Shown: positions 38,928 through 48,310 of the stretch, in pieces
Position numbering within the stretch: the first letter of the stretch is position 1
Layout of the letters: each line of letters starts with the position of its first letter
NCBI GenBank assembly: GCA_963786935.1
Contig: CAWBAN010000001.1
Span: forward strand, 576,001 to 640,000
Source of the DNA: an uncultured bacterium
GTDB lineage: Bacteria > Krumholzibacteriota > Krumholzibacteriia > Krumholzibacteriales > Krumholzibacteriaceae
Direction of reading: 5' to 3'
DNA length: 64,000 nt
Notes under the pieces: generated by a model
The model's database searches: none
Told to the model about the DNA's origin: nothing
What the model saw: only the letters and a program-made list of their open reading frames with translations
Made by a program: the position numbers and the translations under genes

Positions 38928-40420
38928 GCAAGGCGAACCAGATACGCCAGAAGGCGCAGGAATTCCTGAGCAAGGGCCAGGTCGAAAAGGCCATTCAGGA
39001 ATACCGCCGCCTCCTCACGCTCGAATCGAAGAACCCGAATCTCTACAACGAGCTCGGAGACATCCTGCTGCGGGCCAGCGACAAGGCGCAGGCGGTGCAG
39101 AATTTCGAAAAGGCGGCGGCGATATACGAGAAGGTCGCGCTCTACAACAACGCCGTCGCCGTGTGCAAGAAGATCCTGCGGGTCGATCCCGAGAAGATCG
39201 ACACGATGTTCAGGCTCGCCGAGCTCAGGGCGAAGCAGAAGCTCATCGGCGAGGCGGCCTCGTATTTCACGCAATATATCGAGTCCGTCCTCGAGAATCC
39301 GCAGGCGCTGCTCCCGAAGGCGCAGAAGGACGTCGATCTGATGCTCGATCTGATGCCGTCGAACGGCGCCGTTCTCGAGAAATCGATCGAGATCTACGAG
39401 CAGCTCGGCATCAAGCTGAAAACGGCGGAGCTCTGCCGCCGGCTCGCCCTGACGGCGGCGCAGGAGGGAGATTCGAAGAGACAGGCCAAGTACACGCGCA
39501 AGATCGAGGAAATCAAGGCCACGCTGTCTCCCGCGGAGCTCGAAGGTTTGCGGGAGCAGCTGGAAGCCGCCGGGGGAGAGATCCCGGCGATCGCTCCCGG
39601 CGAAGCGGAAGCGGCGCGGCCCGAGGGATCGAATGCTCCCGGCGCCGCCGAAGATGCCGACGGGCGCGCGGCGGTCGCACATGCGGAGGCGGTCCCGTCG
39701 CCCGCGGCCGCGGATGCCGGCGTCGTCGCTCCGGAAGCGGCCGTCGAGGCCGACGGCCCCGCCGACTTCGGCTACCCGTCGGCCGAGAACGAAGCGGTGG
39801 AAGAGGCGGAGATGGTCGCCGCGATGAGCCAGGGACGGGCGCCGTTCGAGCCGGGAGCGGCGTTCGTCGAACGCCGGAAGGGCGCGGCCGAGAAGCCGCC
39901 CTCGATCGTGAACGAGGCTCCCGCCGCGGCGACGGCGCCGGCGAGCCCGAATCCGCCGGCCGACGATTTCGCGCCCATCCCCGACATCGCGCCGGCAGAG
40001 TCGACGCACATCGAAGGCCTCGCCGAGGAGATCACGAGCGACGTCGAGAAGGACGACCTCAGGAGTCACTACGACCTCGGCATGGCGTATCTGGAGATGG
40101 GGCTCTTCAACGAGGCGATCCGCGAATTTCAGAGCGCCTCCCGCGCCGAGGAGTTTCAGGTCAGCAGCATGGAGATGATCGGCTACTGCTTCCTCAAGTG
40201 CAACCAGCCTCGTCTCGCCGTCAAGCAGCTCACGCACGCCCTCCAGATCGTGAAGGCGACGGGGGCGGGGAGCCTCGGCATCCATTACAATCTCGGTCTC
40301 GCCTTCGAGATGCTCGGCGAGCCCGATGCCGCCCGCGAGCATTTTGAGGAAGTCTATATCATGGATATGTCCTTCCGCGACGTCGCCGACAAGATGAAGA
40401 AGCTCAGCGCGGTTTCCTGA
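38924..40420 (+). CDS. TPR protein with an acidic Ala/Pro/Glu-rich linker (FimV-C-like end)
   Basis: N-terminal TPR helices and C-terminal HYDLGMAYLEMGL..EAIREF / HYNLGLAFE; TTGA overlap with hutI. Confidence 0.8.
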   Translation: MSKANQIRQKAQEFLSKGQVEKAIQEYRRLLTLESKNPNLYNELGDILLRASDKAQAVQNFEKAAAIYEKVALYNNAVAVCKKILRVDPEKIDTMFRLAELRAKQKLIGEAASYFTQYIESVLENPQALLPKAQKDVDLMLDLMPSNGAVLEKSIEIYEQLGIKLKTAELCRRLALTAAQEGDSKRQAKYTRKIEEIKATLSPAELEGLREQLEAAGGEIPAIAPGEAEAARPEGSNAPGAAEDADGRAAVAHAEAVPSPAAADAGVVAPEAAVEADGPADFGYPSAENEAVEEAEMVAAMSQGRAPFEPGAAFVERRKGAAEKPPSIVNEAPAAATAPASPNPPADDFAPIPDIAPAESTHIEGLAEEITSDVEKDDLRSHYDLGMAYLEMGLFNEAIREFQSASRAEEFQVSSMEMIGYCFLKCNQPRLAVKQLTHALQIVKATGAGSLGIHYNLGLAFEMLGEPDAAREHFEEVYIMDMSFRDVADKMKKLSAVS

Positions 40421-40431
40421 AGCCGGTTTCG

Positions 40432-41280
40432 ATGGAATCCCAGAAGGCGCCCTGCGATCTCCACCTCCATTCGACATACTCGGACGGAACCATGCCTCCC
40501 GAGGAGCTCGTGAGCTACTCGCACGCGATCGGGCTCTCCGCCGTTTCGATCACGGATCACGACACGGTGAACGGCCAGGCCGAGGCGCTCGACGCGGGAG
40601 CCCGGCTCGGCATCGACATCGTGACGGGAATCGAGTTCAGCATCGAGGAAAACGGGGGGAGCGTGCATATCTTGGGCTACTGCTTCGATCACCGGAATCC
40701 GGCCCTCATGGCGAGCATCGGCGATCTCGCGGCGTCGCGCGTGGCGAGGGCGGAGGCGATCGTGCGCAGGCTCGAGGAGCGGGGGATATCGATTCCGTTC
40801 GACGAGGTGATGGCCGAGGCGGGCGCGGGGAGCGTCGGCAGGCCGCACATCGCCCGCGTGCTCCGGAGACGGGGGCACGTTTCGAGCGTGTCGGAAGCGT
40901 TCTCGCGATTCATCGCCGACGGCGCCCCCTGCCACGTTCCGAAAAAGGTGCTGCCCCGGGGCGAGGTCATGCGGCTCATCGCGGGAGCGGGAGGAGTCGC
41001 CGTGTGGGCCCATCCCGGTTGGAACATCAGGAAGGCGGATCTCGTGGAACGCCTCATCGCCTCGGGCGTGCGCGGCATCGAGGCGTGGCACCCGAATCAC
41101 ACGGAGCGGATGCAGCGGGAGATTCTCGAGCTCGCCCGCTCGCGCGGCCTCGTATGCACCGGCGGTTCGGACTTCCATTTCGTGGAATTGATGGAAGCGG
41201 ATATCGGCGAGATCACGGCTCCCCACGAGAGCGTCGCCGCGCTGCGGAACGCCGCGGCGGAGAAGCCACATTTGGCTTGA
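40432..41280 (+). CDS. PHP-domain phosphoesterase (TrpH/YciV-like)
   Basis: DLHLHSTYSDG, ITDHDT, VHILGY, GRPHIA, GGSDFH. Confidence 0.92.
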   Translation: MESQKAPCDLHLHSTYSDGTMPPEELVSYSHAIGLSAVSITDHDTVNGQAEALDAGARLGIDIVTGIEFSIEENGGSVHILGYCFDHRNPALMASIGDLAASRVARAEAIVRRLEERGISIPFDEVMAEAGAGSVGRPHIARVLRRRGHVSSVSEAFSRFIADGAPCHVPKKVLPRGEVMRLIAGAGGVAVWAHPGWNIRKADLVERLIASGVRGIEAWHPNHTERMQREILELARSRGLVCTGGSDFHFVELMEADIGEITAPHESVAALRNAAAEKPHLA

Positions 41281-41377
41281 CCCTCTTTCCGGCGCTCACG
41301 TACAGTCCCAATCACCGTCAGCGTGGAAACGGTCTTCCGGGCCTCGTCCCGACCTTGTCTTCGGAGCGTCTTCCGGC

Positions 41378-41929
41378 ATGGCACAACGGCGTGAGCGCAC
41401 GATCATCCTTGCCGCTCTTTTCGTCGCCCTGAGCGTCGCGCTCGGCTTTCTCCTCGCCGGCATTCCGAATCTCGAGCTCATGACGCTCACCGTCTTCATG
41501 GCGGGCGACTTCTGCGGAGCGCGCCTCGGGAGCGCGGTCGGCGCGCTTTCCATGCTCATCTTCTCGATGCTCAATCCGCTCGGGCCCGCCCCGGCGCCGC
41601 TCCTGGCGGCGCAGGTTGCCGGATTCGCCCTCATCGGCGCGGGAGGCGGGATCGTCGGGCCGCGCCTCGCGCCGCGCGGCGCGCCCGGCGCGGCGGCCGC
41701 GGCCGCCGCGGGATTCGTCCTGACCGTCGCGTACGACGCGCTCACGACGGCGGCGACCGCGTTCATCGCCCTCGGGGCATCGCGCTTCGTGGAGGGGCTC
41801 GGAGGCGTGGCGCTCGCGGGCGTCGCGTTCGTCGCGTGGCACGTGGGCGTCAACACGGCCGTTTTCGCCGTCGCGGTGCCGCCGCTCGCGCGGTCGGTGC
41901 GCGCCTGGCAGGGAGGCGATCCCGCATGA
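41378..41929 (+). CDS. ECF transporter S component (CbrT-like)
   Basis: About 180 aa, roughly six TM helices, IPNLELMT motif after TM1, late conserved His (VAWHVGVN). Confidence 0.7.
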   Translation: MAQRRERTIILAALFVALSVALGFLLAGIPNLELMTLTVFMAGDFCGARLGSAVGALSMLIFSMLNPLGPAPAPLLAAQVAGFALIGAGGGIVGPRLAPRGAPGAAAAAAAGFVLTVAYDALTTAATAFIALGASRFVEGLGGVALAGVAFVAWHVGVNTAVFAVAVPPLARSVRAWQGGDPA

Positions 41930-43752
41930 GGGGAGCGATCCTCGCGATCGTCTGCGTCCTGCTGATGCCGCCGCCGCTCGCGGCGGAAGAGCTTCCCGGC
42001 TCGCTCGCCGCCGATTCGCTCGCTCTGCCGACCGAGGTATTCGTGATCACGCGCGGAGAGCTCATCGAGCACAACGTTCATACCCTCGACGACATCATCC
42101 TCCTCATGCCGGGCGTTTCGCTGTGGCGCGAGGGGCCCCACGGCGCGGACGGCGGATTCTCGATCGACGGGCGGACGTACCGCGGCGTGAACTTCCTCGT
42201 GAACGGCGTTCCCTGCATCGACTCGTATCTCCTCGAATCGCTGACGCGGTTCCTGCCGTTGTCGCGGCTCCTCCGGGTCGAGGTGTTCTACAGCGGCTCT
42301 CCCTGCTTCTCGGGGGATCTCTCATCCCGGGGATTCATCAACGTCGTTCTCGAGGAAGGGGGGCGGGAGAGTCCCGCCTCGGAGGTGGATTTCACGTACG
42401 GCACGGCGAACCGGCGCGCGCGCCGCGCGTGGTTCGCGACCCCCCGGGCGCACCTGGGCGCCGCGCTCTCGTACGACGAATACCTGCAAGACGGCGTCAA
42501 CGCGTATCCCGCGGATCCCGACCAGCGGCTCGGCCTCTACGACATGCGATCGGTCCTCGCGGAGCTCTGGATCCGGACCGACGCGGGAGACCAGGCGCGA
42601 TTCAGCGTCCACCGGTACGAGGAGAGCTCAGTGGGCACGTCGTACCCCGGCGAGGACGACGAGGATGTTCGACGCTCGGGCTTCGCGTCGGAGCTTCGTT
42701 ACCGGCGCTCCGGTTTCTCGGCGCTTCTCGCGCAGCGCGTGCTCGATCTGTCGCGGATCGCGGGGCGGATCAGGGAGCACAGTCTTCTCGGCGAGGCCCG
42801 GTGGGCCGGGCGCGTCCTCGGGCTCGGCGTCCGCGCGTTCGGCGCGGCCTCGCGCTCGGACTTCGAGAACGACTACCGGTGGATCGCCTCCGATCCGGAT
42901 GCGGCCGCGTCCGGAGAACTCGCGCATTTCTCCCCGTCGTTCAACCGCGTCGAGGGGGGGCTCGCGCTCGGGGGAGCGGCGTCACCGGGCGTGACCTGGC
43001 GCCTCGGGGCGTTCGGCGGCCGCCACAGCGACGTCGGCGCGTACGGGGGCGCGGAGGTGGCGCTCGGCAAGGCGTGGGGCGGCGCGTTCTCGCAGGACGT
43101 CGTGCTCGCGCGCCGGGTGAGGATTCCGTCCGCCGAAGAGCTCTATCAGCCCGCGCTCACGAAGACGTTCGACGGTGCGGCGTACGCGACGACGGGCAAT
43201 CCGGATCTCGTCCCGGAGATTTCGAACGAGCTCTCTCTCGGATTCACGTGCTCGAACGTCACCCTGTCCCTCTTCGGCCGGGACGAGCAATCGCTGATCG
43301 TGCTTTCGGGCGCCGACTCCGCGGTCTACCGGTCCGAGGGGAGCGGGAGGGTCGTGGGGGCGCGGGCCCGCTTCGCGGGTCGCGCGCGGATCATCGGCTT
43401 CGACGGTTTCCTCTCGGTCGCCGCCGAGGGCTATCCCGAGCGCGGCTCGCTCGCCGACGGCGTTCCGGAATACCGCGCGATCGGCGAGGCGGGCCTGCAG
43501 CGAGGGCTGTTCGGCGCCTCGGAGCTTCTCTCGATCAAGCTCGGCTCGGAGGCGTCCGGGACGCGGCGGTGGGGCGCGACGAAGCTGCCGGCGTATCAGG
43601 TCCTCAACTTCTCCGCATCCATCTCCATCATGAGCGCGCGTGTGATCTACGAATACCGGAACATCCTGAACGAGAAATACGAAACCGCTCCCGGCTACAC
43701 GATGCCGATGCGCCACTACATCATCGGATTCTTCTGGGAGATCCTCGATTGA
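41926..43752 (+). CDS. TonB-dependent receptor-like outer-membrane protein with a plug domain
   Basis: Signal peptide; plug motifs VITRGELIE..TLDDII..PGV, FLVNGVP, RVEV, GFINVV; barrel motifs GNPDLVPE, NILNEKY. Confidence 0.75.
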   Translation: MRGAILAIVCVLLMPPPLAAEELPGSLAADSLALPTEVFVITRGELIEHNVHTLDDIILLMPGVSLWREGPHGADGGFSIDGRTYRGVNFLVNGVPCIDSYLLESLTRFLPLSRLLRVEVFYSGSPCFSGDLSSRGFINVVLEEGGRESPASEVDFTYGTANRRARRAWFATPRAHLGAALSYDEYLQDGVNAYPADPDQRLGLYDMRSVLAELWIRTDAGDQARFSVHRYEESSVGTSYPGEDDEDVRRSGFASELRYRRSGFSALLAQRVLDLSRIAGRIREHSLLGEARWAGRVLGLGVRAFGAASRSDFENDYRWIASDPDAAASGELAHFSPSFNRVEGGLALGGAASPGVTWRLGAFGGRHSDVGAYGGAEVALGKAWGGAFSQDVVLARRVRIPSAEELYQPALTKTFDGAAYATTGNPDLVPEISNELSLGFTCSNVTLSLFGRDEQSLIVLSGADSAVYRSEGSGRVVGARARFAGRARIIGFDGFLSVAAEGYPERGSLADGVPEYRAIGEAGLQRGLFGASELLSIKLGSEASGTRRWGATKLPAYQVLNFSASISIMSARVIYEYRNILNEKYETAPGYTMPMRHYIIGFFWEILD

Positions 43753-44114
43753 AAGCGCCCGCGGCGGCGGGATAGCACGCTGCGCGCGCCGCGCCCGTCC
43801 TTTGCGCGACGACGCGCGTGGCCGGAAAACTGGCAGAAGACGCGTCCCCCCGGTCTGTTTTTTCCCCCCCGCCGCGATCCCCGGCACCGGTCGCATTATG
43901 CATGTCGTGTCGCACAATGCATGCGGCGCGGGGCCTCCGGAGGGGAAGGCGCCGCGGAATCGTCCCCGCGCGTCGATCGACGTTAATCCATATTTCATAA
44001 GGGTTTTTTCAAATCGTCCCGTCGTCGGCCCGAGCGGCGAATCGCGGGTCGAGGCGCCCCGTTCGATCCGTTGATCCCTTTGAGCGGCAATCCATTATCA
44101 GGGGCGCGGCCGGA

Positions 44115-44129
44115 TGGCATGCTCCTTGC
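44115..44129 (+). promoter_or_regulatory. Putative sigma54 promoter for pilBTC
   Basis: TGGCAT-GCTCC-TTGC. Confidence 0.65.
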
Positions 44130-44248
44130 CCTTCGATGCATCTTGCCGGATGAACGGGCAAAACGAATCGGGCGAAAACGCGGACCCGATGGGTTCGCTG
44201 GTTGAATACTTGCATACGATCTCCTGAAACCCCTATCGGGCGGAGGGT

Positions 44249-45928
44249 TTGTTGAAAGACAAGATCGCCAATCAGCTCGTCGAATCGAGCCTCATCAGCC
44301 AGCAGCAGCTCGAGCTCGCCCTCTCCGAGCAGACGAAATCGGGGGGGAGCCTCGGCTACAACCTCGTCAAGACCGGCGCCATCTCCGAAAAGGCGTTCGC
44401 CGAGTTCCTTTCCCAGACGTACAACGCGCCCGCCATCGATCTCGACGAGCTCGAGGCGGACGAGCATTCGATAGAGCTGATTCCGCCCGAGGTCGCCACG
44501 AAGTTCCAGGTCGTGCCCATCAAGCGCGAGGGGCGCACCCTCACCGTGGCGATGGCGAACCCCGACAACATCTTCGCGATCGACGACATCAAGTTCATCA
44601 CGGGCCTCGAGGTGCGCCCCGTCGTCGCGACCGAGACGGCGATCAAGCGCGCCATCGACCGCTTCTACGAGTCCGCCGACTCGCTTTCCGAAGTCATGAA
44701 GGACATGCAGGAGGACTTCGAGATCGTCGAGGATATGGACGACGACGCGGGGAGCGCCGAAGCGCTGAGCGAAGACGCGCCCGTCGTCAAGCTCGTGAAC
44801 TCGCTGATCGCGGACGCGGTGAACAAGGGGGCGAGCGATATCCACGTCGAGCCGTTCGAGAAGAAGCTCCGCGTGCGGTACCGCATCGACGGCGTGCTGC
44901 ACGAGATGATGTCGCCTCCCATCAAGATGAGGGGAGCCATCACGTCGCGTCTCAAGATCATGGCAGAGCTCGATATCGCGGAGAAGCGCGTCCCGCAGGA
45001 CGGGCGCATCAAGATCCGCATCGGAGAGAAGAAGATCGATCTCCGCGTGAGCTCGCTGCCGACGATCTTCGGCGAAAAGATCGTGATGCGAATCCTCGAC
45101 AAGTCGAACCTCCAGATCGACCTCACGAAGCTCGGCTTTCAGGCCGAGGCGCTCCAAAAGCTCGTGAAGGGGATCGAGATGCCCTACGGGATGGTGCTCG
45201 TGACGGGGCCCACGGGAAGCGGGAAAACCACGACGCTCTATTCCGCGCTCAACAAGATCAACCTGCCCGAGTTCAATATCATGACCGCCGAGGATCCCGT
45301 CGAGTACAACATCGACGGCATCAACCAGGTGATGGTGCACGAGGAGATCGGTCTCACCTTCGCGGCGGCCCTCAAGGCGTTCCTCCGCCAGGATCCGAAC
45401 ATCGTGATGGTCGGCGAGATCCGCGACCTCGAGACCGCCGGCATCGCGGTCAAGGCGGCGCTCACCGGCCATCTCGTCCTGAGCACGCTCCACACGAACG
45501 ACGCTCCGAGCACGATCAACCGTATGATCGACATGGGCATCGAGCCCTTCCTCGTCGCGAGCTCCGTGAACGTCATCATGGCGCAGCGGCTCCTTCGCCG
45601 GCTGTGCGTGAAGTGCAAGGCGAAGGAGAAGATCCATCCCGAGGCGCTCCGCGAGCTCGGCATCACGTCGGGCGAAGCGTTCGACATGCACAAGCCCGTG
45701 GGCTGCACGGCGTGCAGCGGCACGGGATACTCGGGACGAACGGGCATCTACGAGGTCATGCCCATATCCGACGCGATCCGCGAGATGATCCTCAATCGTG
45801 CCTCGTCATCCGAAATCAAGGAGCAGGCCGTCCGCGAGGGCATGATCACGCTGCGCGGGGACGGCATTCTGAAATTGAAAGCCGGCATCACCTCGCTGCA
45901 GGAAGTGCTGCGGGAGTCGGCGGCGTAA
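44249..45928 (+). CDS. pilB: Type IV pilus assembly ATPase
   Basis: ASDIHVEP, DIAEKRVPQDGRI, GPTGSGKTTTLY, EDPVEY, LRQDP, tetracysteine motif. Confidence 0.95.
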   Translation: MLKDKIANQLVESSLISQQQLELALSEQTKSGGSLGYNLVKTGAISEKAFAEFLSQTYNAPAIDLDELEADEHSIELIPPEVATKFQVVPIKREGRTLTVAMANPDNIFAIDDIKFITGLEVRPVVATETAIKRAIDRFYESADSLSEVMKDMQEDFEIVEDMDDDAGSAEALSEDAPVVKLVNSLIADAVNKGASDIHVEPFEKKLRVRYRIDGVLHEMMSPPIKMRGAITSRLKIMAELDIAEKRVPQDGRIKIRIGEKKIDLRVSSLPTIFGEKIVMRILDKSNLQIDLTKLGFQAEALQKLVKGIEMPYGMVLVTGPTGSGKTTTLYSALNKINLPEFNIMTAEDPVEYNIDGINQVMVHEEIGLTFAAALKAFLRQDPNIVMVGEIRDLETAGIAVKAALTGHLVLSTLHTNDAPSTINRMIDMGIEPFLVASSVNVIMAQRLLRRLCVKCKAKEKIHPEALRELGITSGEAFDMHKPVGCTACSGTGYSGRTGIYEVMPISDAIREMILNRASSSEIKEQAVREGMITLRGDGILKLKAGITSLQEVLRESAA

Positions 45929-45951
45929 GAACGAGCCAAGGAGAGTACGAT

Positions 45952-47073
45952 ATGCCCGATACGGGGACGAAAGCACAGGCCGTGAACCTGCGGGATCTGC
46001 TCCAGGAGATGATCGACAAGCGCGCGAGCGATCTTCACATCACGGCGGGCATCCCGCCGATGCTGCGGATCGACGGCATCATCCGCCGCACGAACCACGA
46101 GATCATCTCGCCCGAGGTGAGCAGGCAGATCGCGTACAGCATCATCACCGAGGAGCAGCAGAAGCGGTTCGAGAACGAGAAGGAGCTCGACTTCTCCTTC
46201 GGCGTGCAGGGATTGTCGCGTTTCCGCGCGAACGTGTTCCAGCAGCGGGGCGTGACGAGCATCGCGATCAGGCAAATTCCCTTCGAGATTCTCGACTTCA
46301 AGGTGCTCGGTCTCCCGCCCGTCGTCGAGGACTTTTCGAAGAAGATGAAGGGGCTCGTCCTCGTCACCGGGCCGACGGGAAGCGGCAAGTCGACGACGCT
46401 CGCGAGCATCATCGACAAGATCAACATGGAGCGTCAGTCGCACGTCATCACGATCGAGGATCCGATCGAGTACATCCACCAGCACAAGAAGTGCATCGTG
46501 AACCAGCGCGAGGTGCGCGCCGACACCGAGACGTTCCAGAGCGCGCTCAAGCATGTCCTGCGGCAGGATCCCGACGTGATTCTCATCGGCGAGATGCGGG
46601 ATCTCGAGACGATGCAGGCCGCGCTCACGATCGCCGAGACGGGCCATTTGGCGCTCGCGACCCTTCACACGAACTCGACGTTCGAGTCGATCAACCGCAT
46701 CGTCGACACGTTTCCGCCGAACCAGCAGTCGCAGGTGCGCGCGCAGCTCGCCTTCGTGCTCGAGGGCGTCATCACGCAGCAGCTCATCGCGCATCTGTCG
46801 GGCAAGGGGCGCGTGCTCGTGGCGGAGGTCATGGTGTGCACGCCGGCCATCAGGGCGTGCATCCGCGACGACAAGGTGCACCAGATCTATGGATTGATGC
46901 AGGCCGGGACGAAGTTCGGCATGCAGACGATGAATCAGGCTCTCTTCCGCGCATATACGAGCAGGCAGATATCTCTCGAGGAAGCAATGGTGTGCAGCTC
47001 CGACACGATCGAGCTCGAACAGATGCTCGGCGAACGCGCATCGAACCTGCACGCCGCCCGCAGTGCGAGATAG
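45952..47073 (+). CDS. pilT: Type IV pilus retraction ATPase
   Basis: ASDLHI, RFRANVF, GPTGSGKSTT, EDPIEY, AETGHL, AIRACIR; AAGGAG RBS. Confidence 0.95.
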   Translation: MPDTGTKAQAVNLRDLLQEMIDKRASDLHITAGIPPMLRIDGIIRRTNHEIISPEVSRQIAYSIITEEQQKRFENEKELDFSFGVQGLSRFRANVFQQRGVTSIAIRQIPFEILDFKVLGLPPVVEDFSKKMKGLVLVTGPTGSGKSTTLASIIDKINMERQSHVITIEDPIEYIHQHKKCIVNQREVRADTETFQSALKHVLRQDPDVILIGEMRDLETMQAALTIAETGHLALATLHTNSTFESINRIVDTFPPNQQSQVRAQLAFVLEGVITQQLIAHLSGKGRVLVAEVMVCTPAIRACIRDDKVHQIYGLMQAGTKFGMQTMNQALFRAYTSRQISLEEAMVCSSDTIELEQMLGERASNLHAARSAR

Positions 47074-47092
47074 CACGAAAGGGGAATGAACC

Positions 47093-48307
47093 ATGGGTAC
47101 GACGACCTATATGTGGAAAGGGCGAACGCCGACCGGCGAAATGCTGTCGGGCGAGCTCGCCTCGGAGAACAAACAGGAGCTCATCAACACGCTTCGCAAG
47201 CGCAAGATCATCATCACGACGATCCGCGAGAAGCCGAAAGACATCAAGTTCAACTTCGGCCCCGGCAACCGCATCACGACGCGCGACCTCGGCGTGTTCA
47301 CAAGGCAGTTCGCCACGATGATCAACGCGGGTCTCCCGATGGTCCAATGCCTCGATATCCTCTCGAGCCAGATGGACAAACCGAACTTCAAGAAGATCGT
47401 GGCCGATGTGATGTACGATGTCGAATCGGGCGCGACGCTCGCCGACGCGCTCCGCAAGCAGCCCTGCTTCTCCGATCTCTTCGTGAACATGATCGAGGCC
47501 GGGGAGGCGGGCGGTATTCTCGACGTGATCCTCAACCGGCTCGCCGTGTACCTCGAGAAGGCCGACGCGCTCATGAAAAAGGTCAAGGGCGCGATGACCT
47601 ATCCGGCCGTCGTGTTCACGGTTTGTATCGGGGCGTCGATCTTCATGCTCCTGTTCATCATTCCGACGTTCGCGCAGATGTTCAAGGACTTCGGCGGGCA
47701 GCTCCCGATGCCGACGCGAATCGTCATGGGGCTCAGCAACTTCCTGAAGGCGAACTGGTGGCTGCTGGTCGTCATCGCCGTCGGCGGGACCATCGGCTTC
47801 CGGCGCTACTACAAAACGGTGAGCGGCCGCTACCGCATCGACAAGCTCATGCTCCGGATGCCGATTCTCGGCCCCGTCATTCGCAAAGCGGCCGTAGCGC
47901 GCTTCACGCGGACGCTCGGAACGCTCGTTTCGAGCGGTGTTCCCATTCTGAACGGCCTCGAGATCACGGCCCGGACCTCGGGCAACAAGGTGATCGAGGA
48001 AGCCGTGCTCAAGACGCGCACGAGCATCAGCGAGGGCAATACGATCGCGGAACCGCTCCGCGAGTGCGGCGTGTTTCCGCCGATGGTGGTCCAGATGATC
48101 GGCGTCGGCGAGCAGACCGGCGCGCTCGACGAGATGCTCGAGAAGGTCGCCGACTTTTACGACAGCGAGGTCGATACCGCGGTGAGCGCGCTCACGTCGA
48201 TCATCGAACCCATCATGATCGTCATGATGGGAGGCATCGTGGGCGGCATGCTCATCGCGATGTACCTGCCCATGTTCAAACTCGTTTCGGTCGTCTCCGG
48301 AGGTTGA
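47093..48307 (+). CDS. pilC: Type IV pilus inner-membrane platform protein
   Basis: FTRQFATMINAGLP, AGEAGGIL, AMTYP, VGEQTGAL, IEP..AMYLPMF. Confidence 0.95.
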   Translation: MGTTTYMWKGRTPTGEMLSGELASENKQELINTLRKRKIIITTIREKPKDIKFNFGPGNRITTRDLGVFTRQFATMINAGLPMVQCLDILSSQMDKPNFKKIVADVMYDVESGATLADALRKQPCFSDLFVNMIEAGEAGGILDVILNRLAVYLEKADALMKKVKGAMTYPAVVFTVCIGASIFMLLFIIPTFAQMFKDFGGQLPMPTRIVMGLSNFLKANWWLLVVIAVGGTIGFRRYYKTVSGRYRIDKLMLRMPILGPVIRKAAVARFTRTLGTLVSSGVPILNGLEITARTSGNKVIEEAVLKTRTSISEGNTIAEPLRECGVFPPMVVQMIGVGEQTGALDEMLEKVADFYDSEVDTAVSALTSIIEPIMIVMMGGIVGGMLIAMYLPMFKLVSVVSGG

Positions 48308-48310
48308 TGA

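Noticed and set aside
41281..41377. Cobalamin riboswitch upstream of the ECF S component
   Set aside because: The leader is too short and lacks the conserved B12-element motifs.
44130..44248. c-di-GMP-I riboswitch in the pilB leader (GGCAAAAC...GAAAA)
   Set aside because: The resemblance is superficial; the conserved second stem and the GCAAAGC junction are not present.
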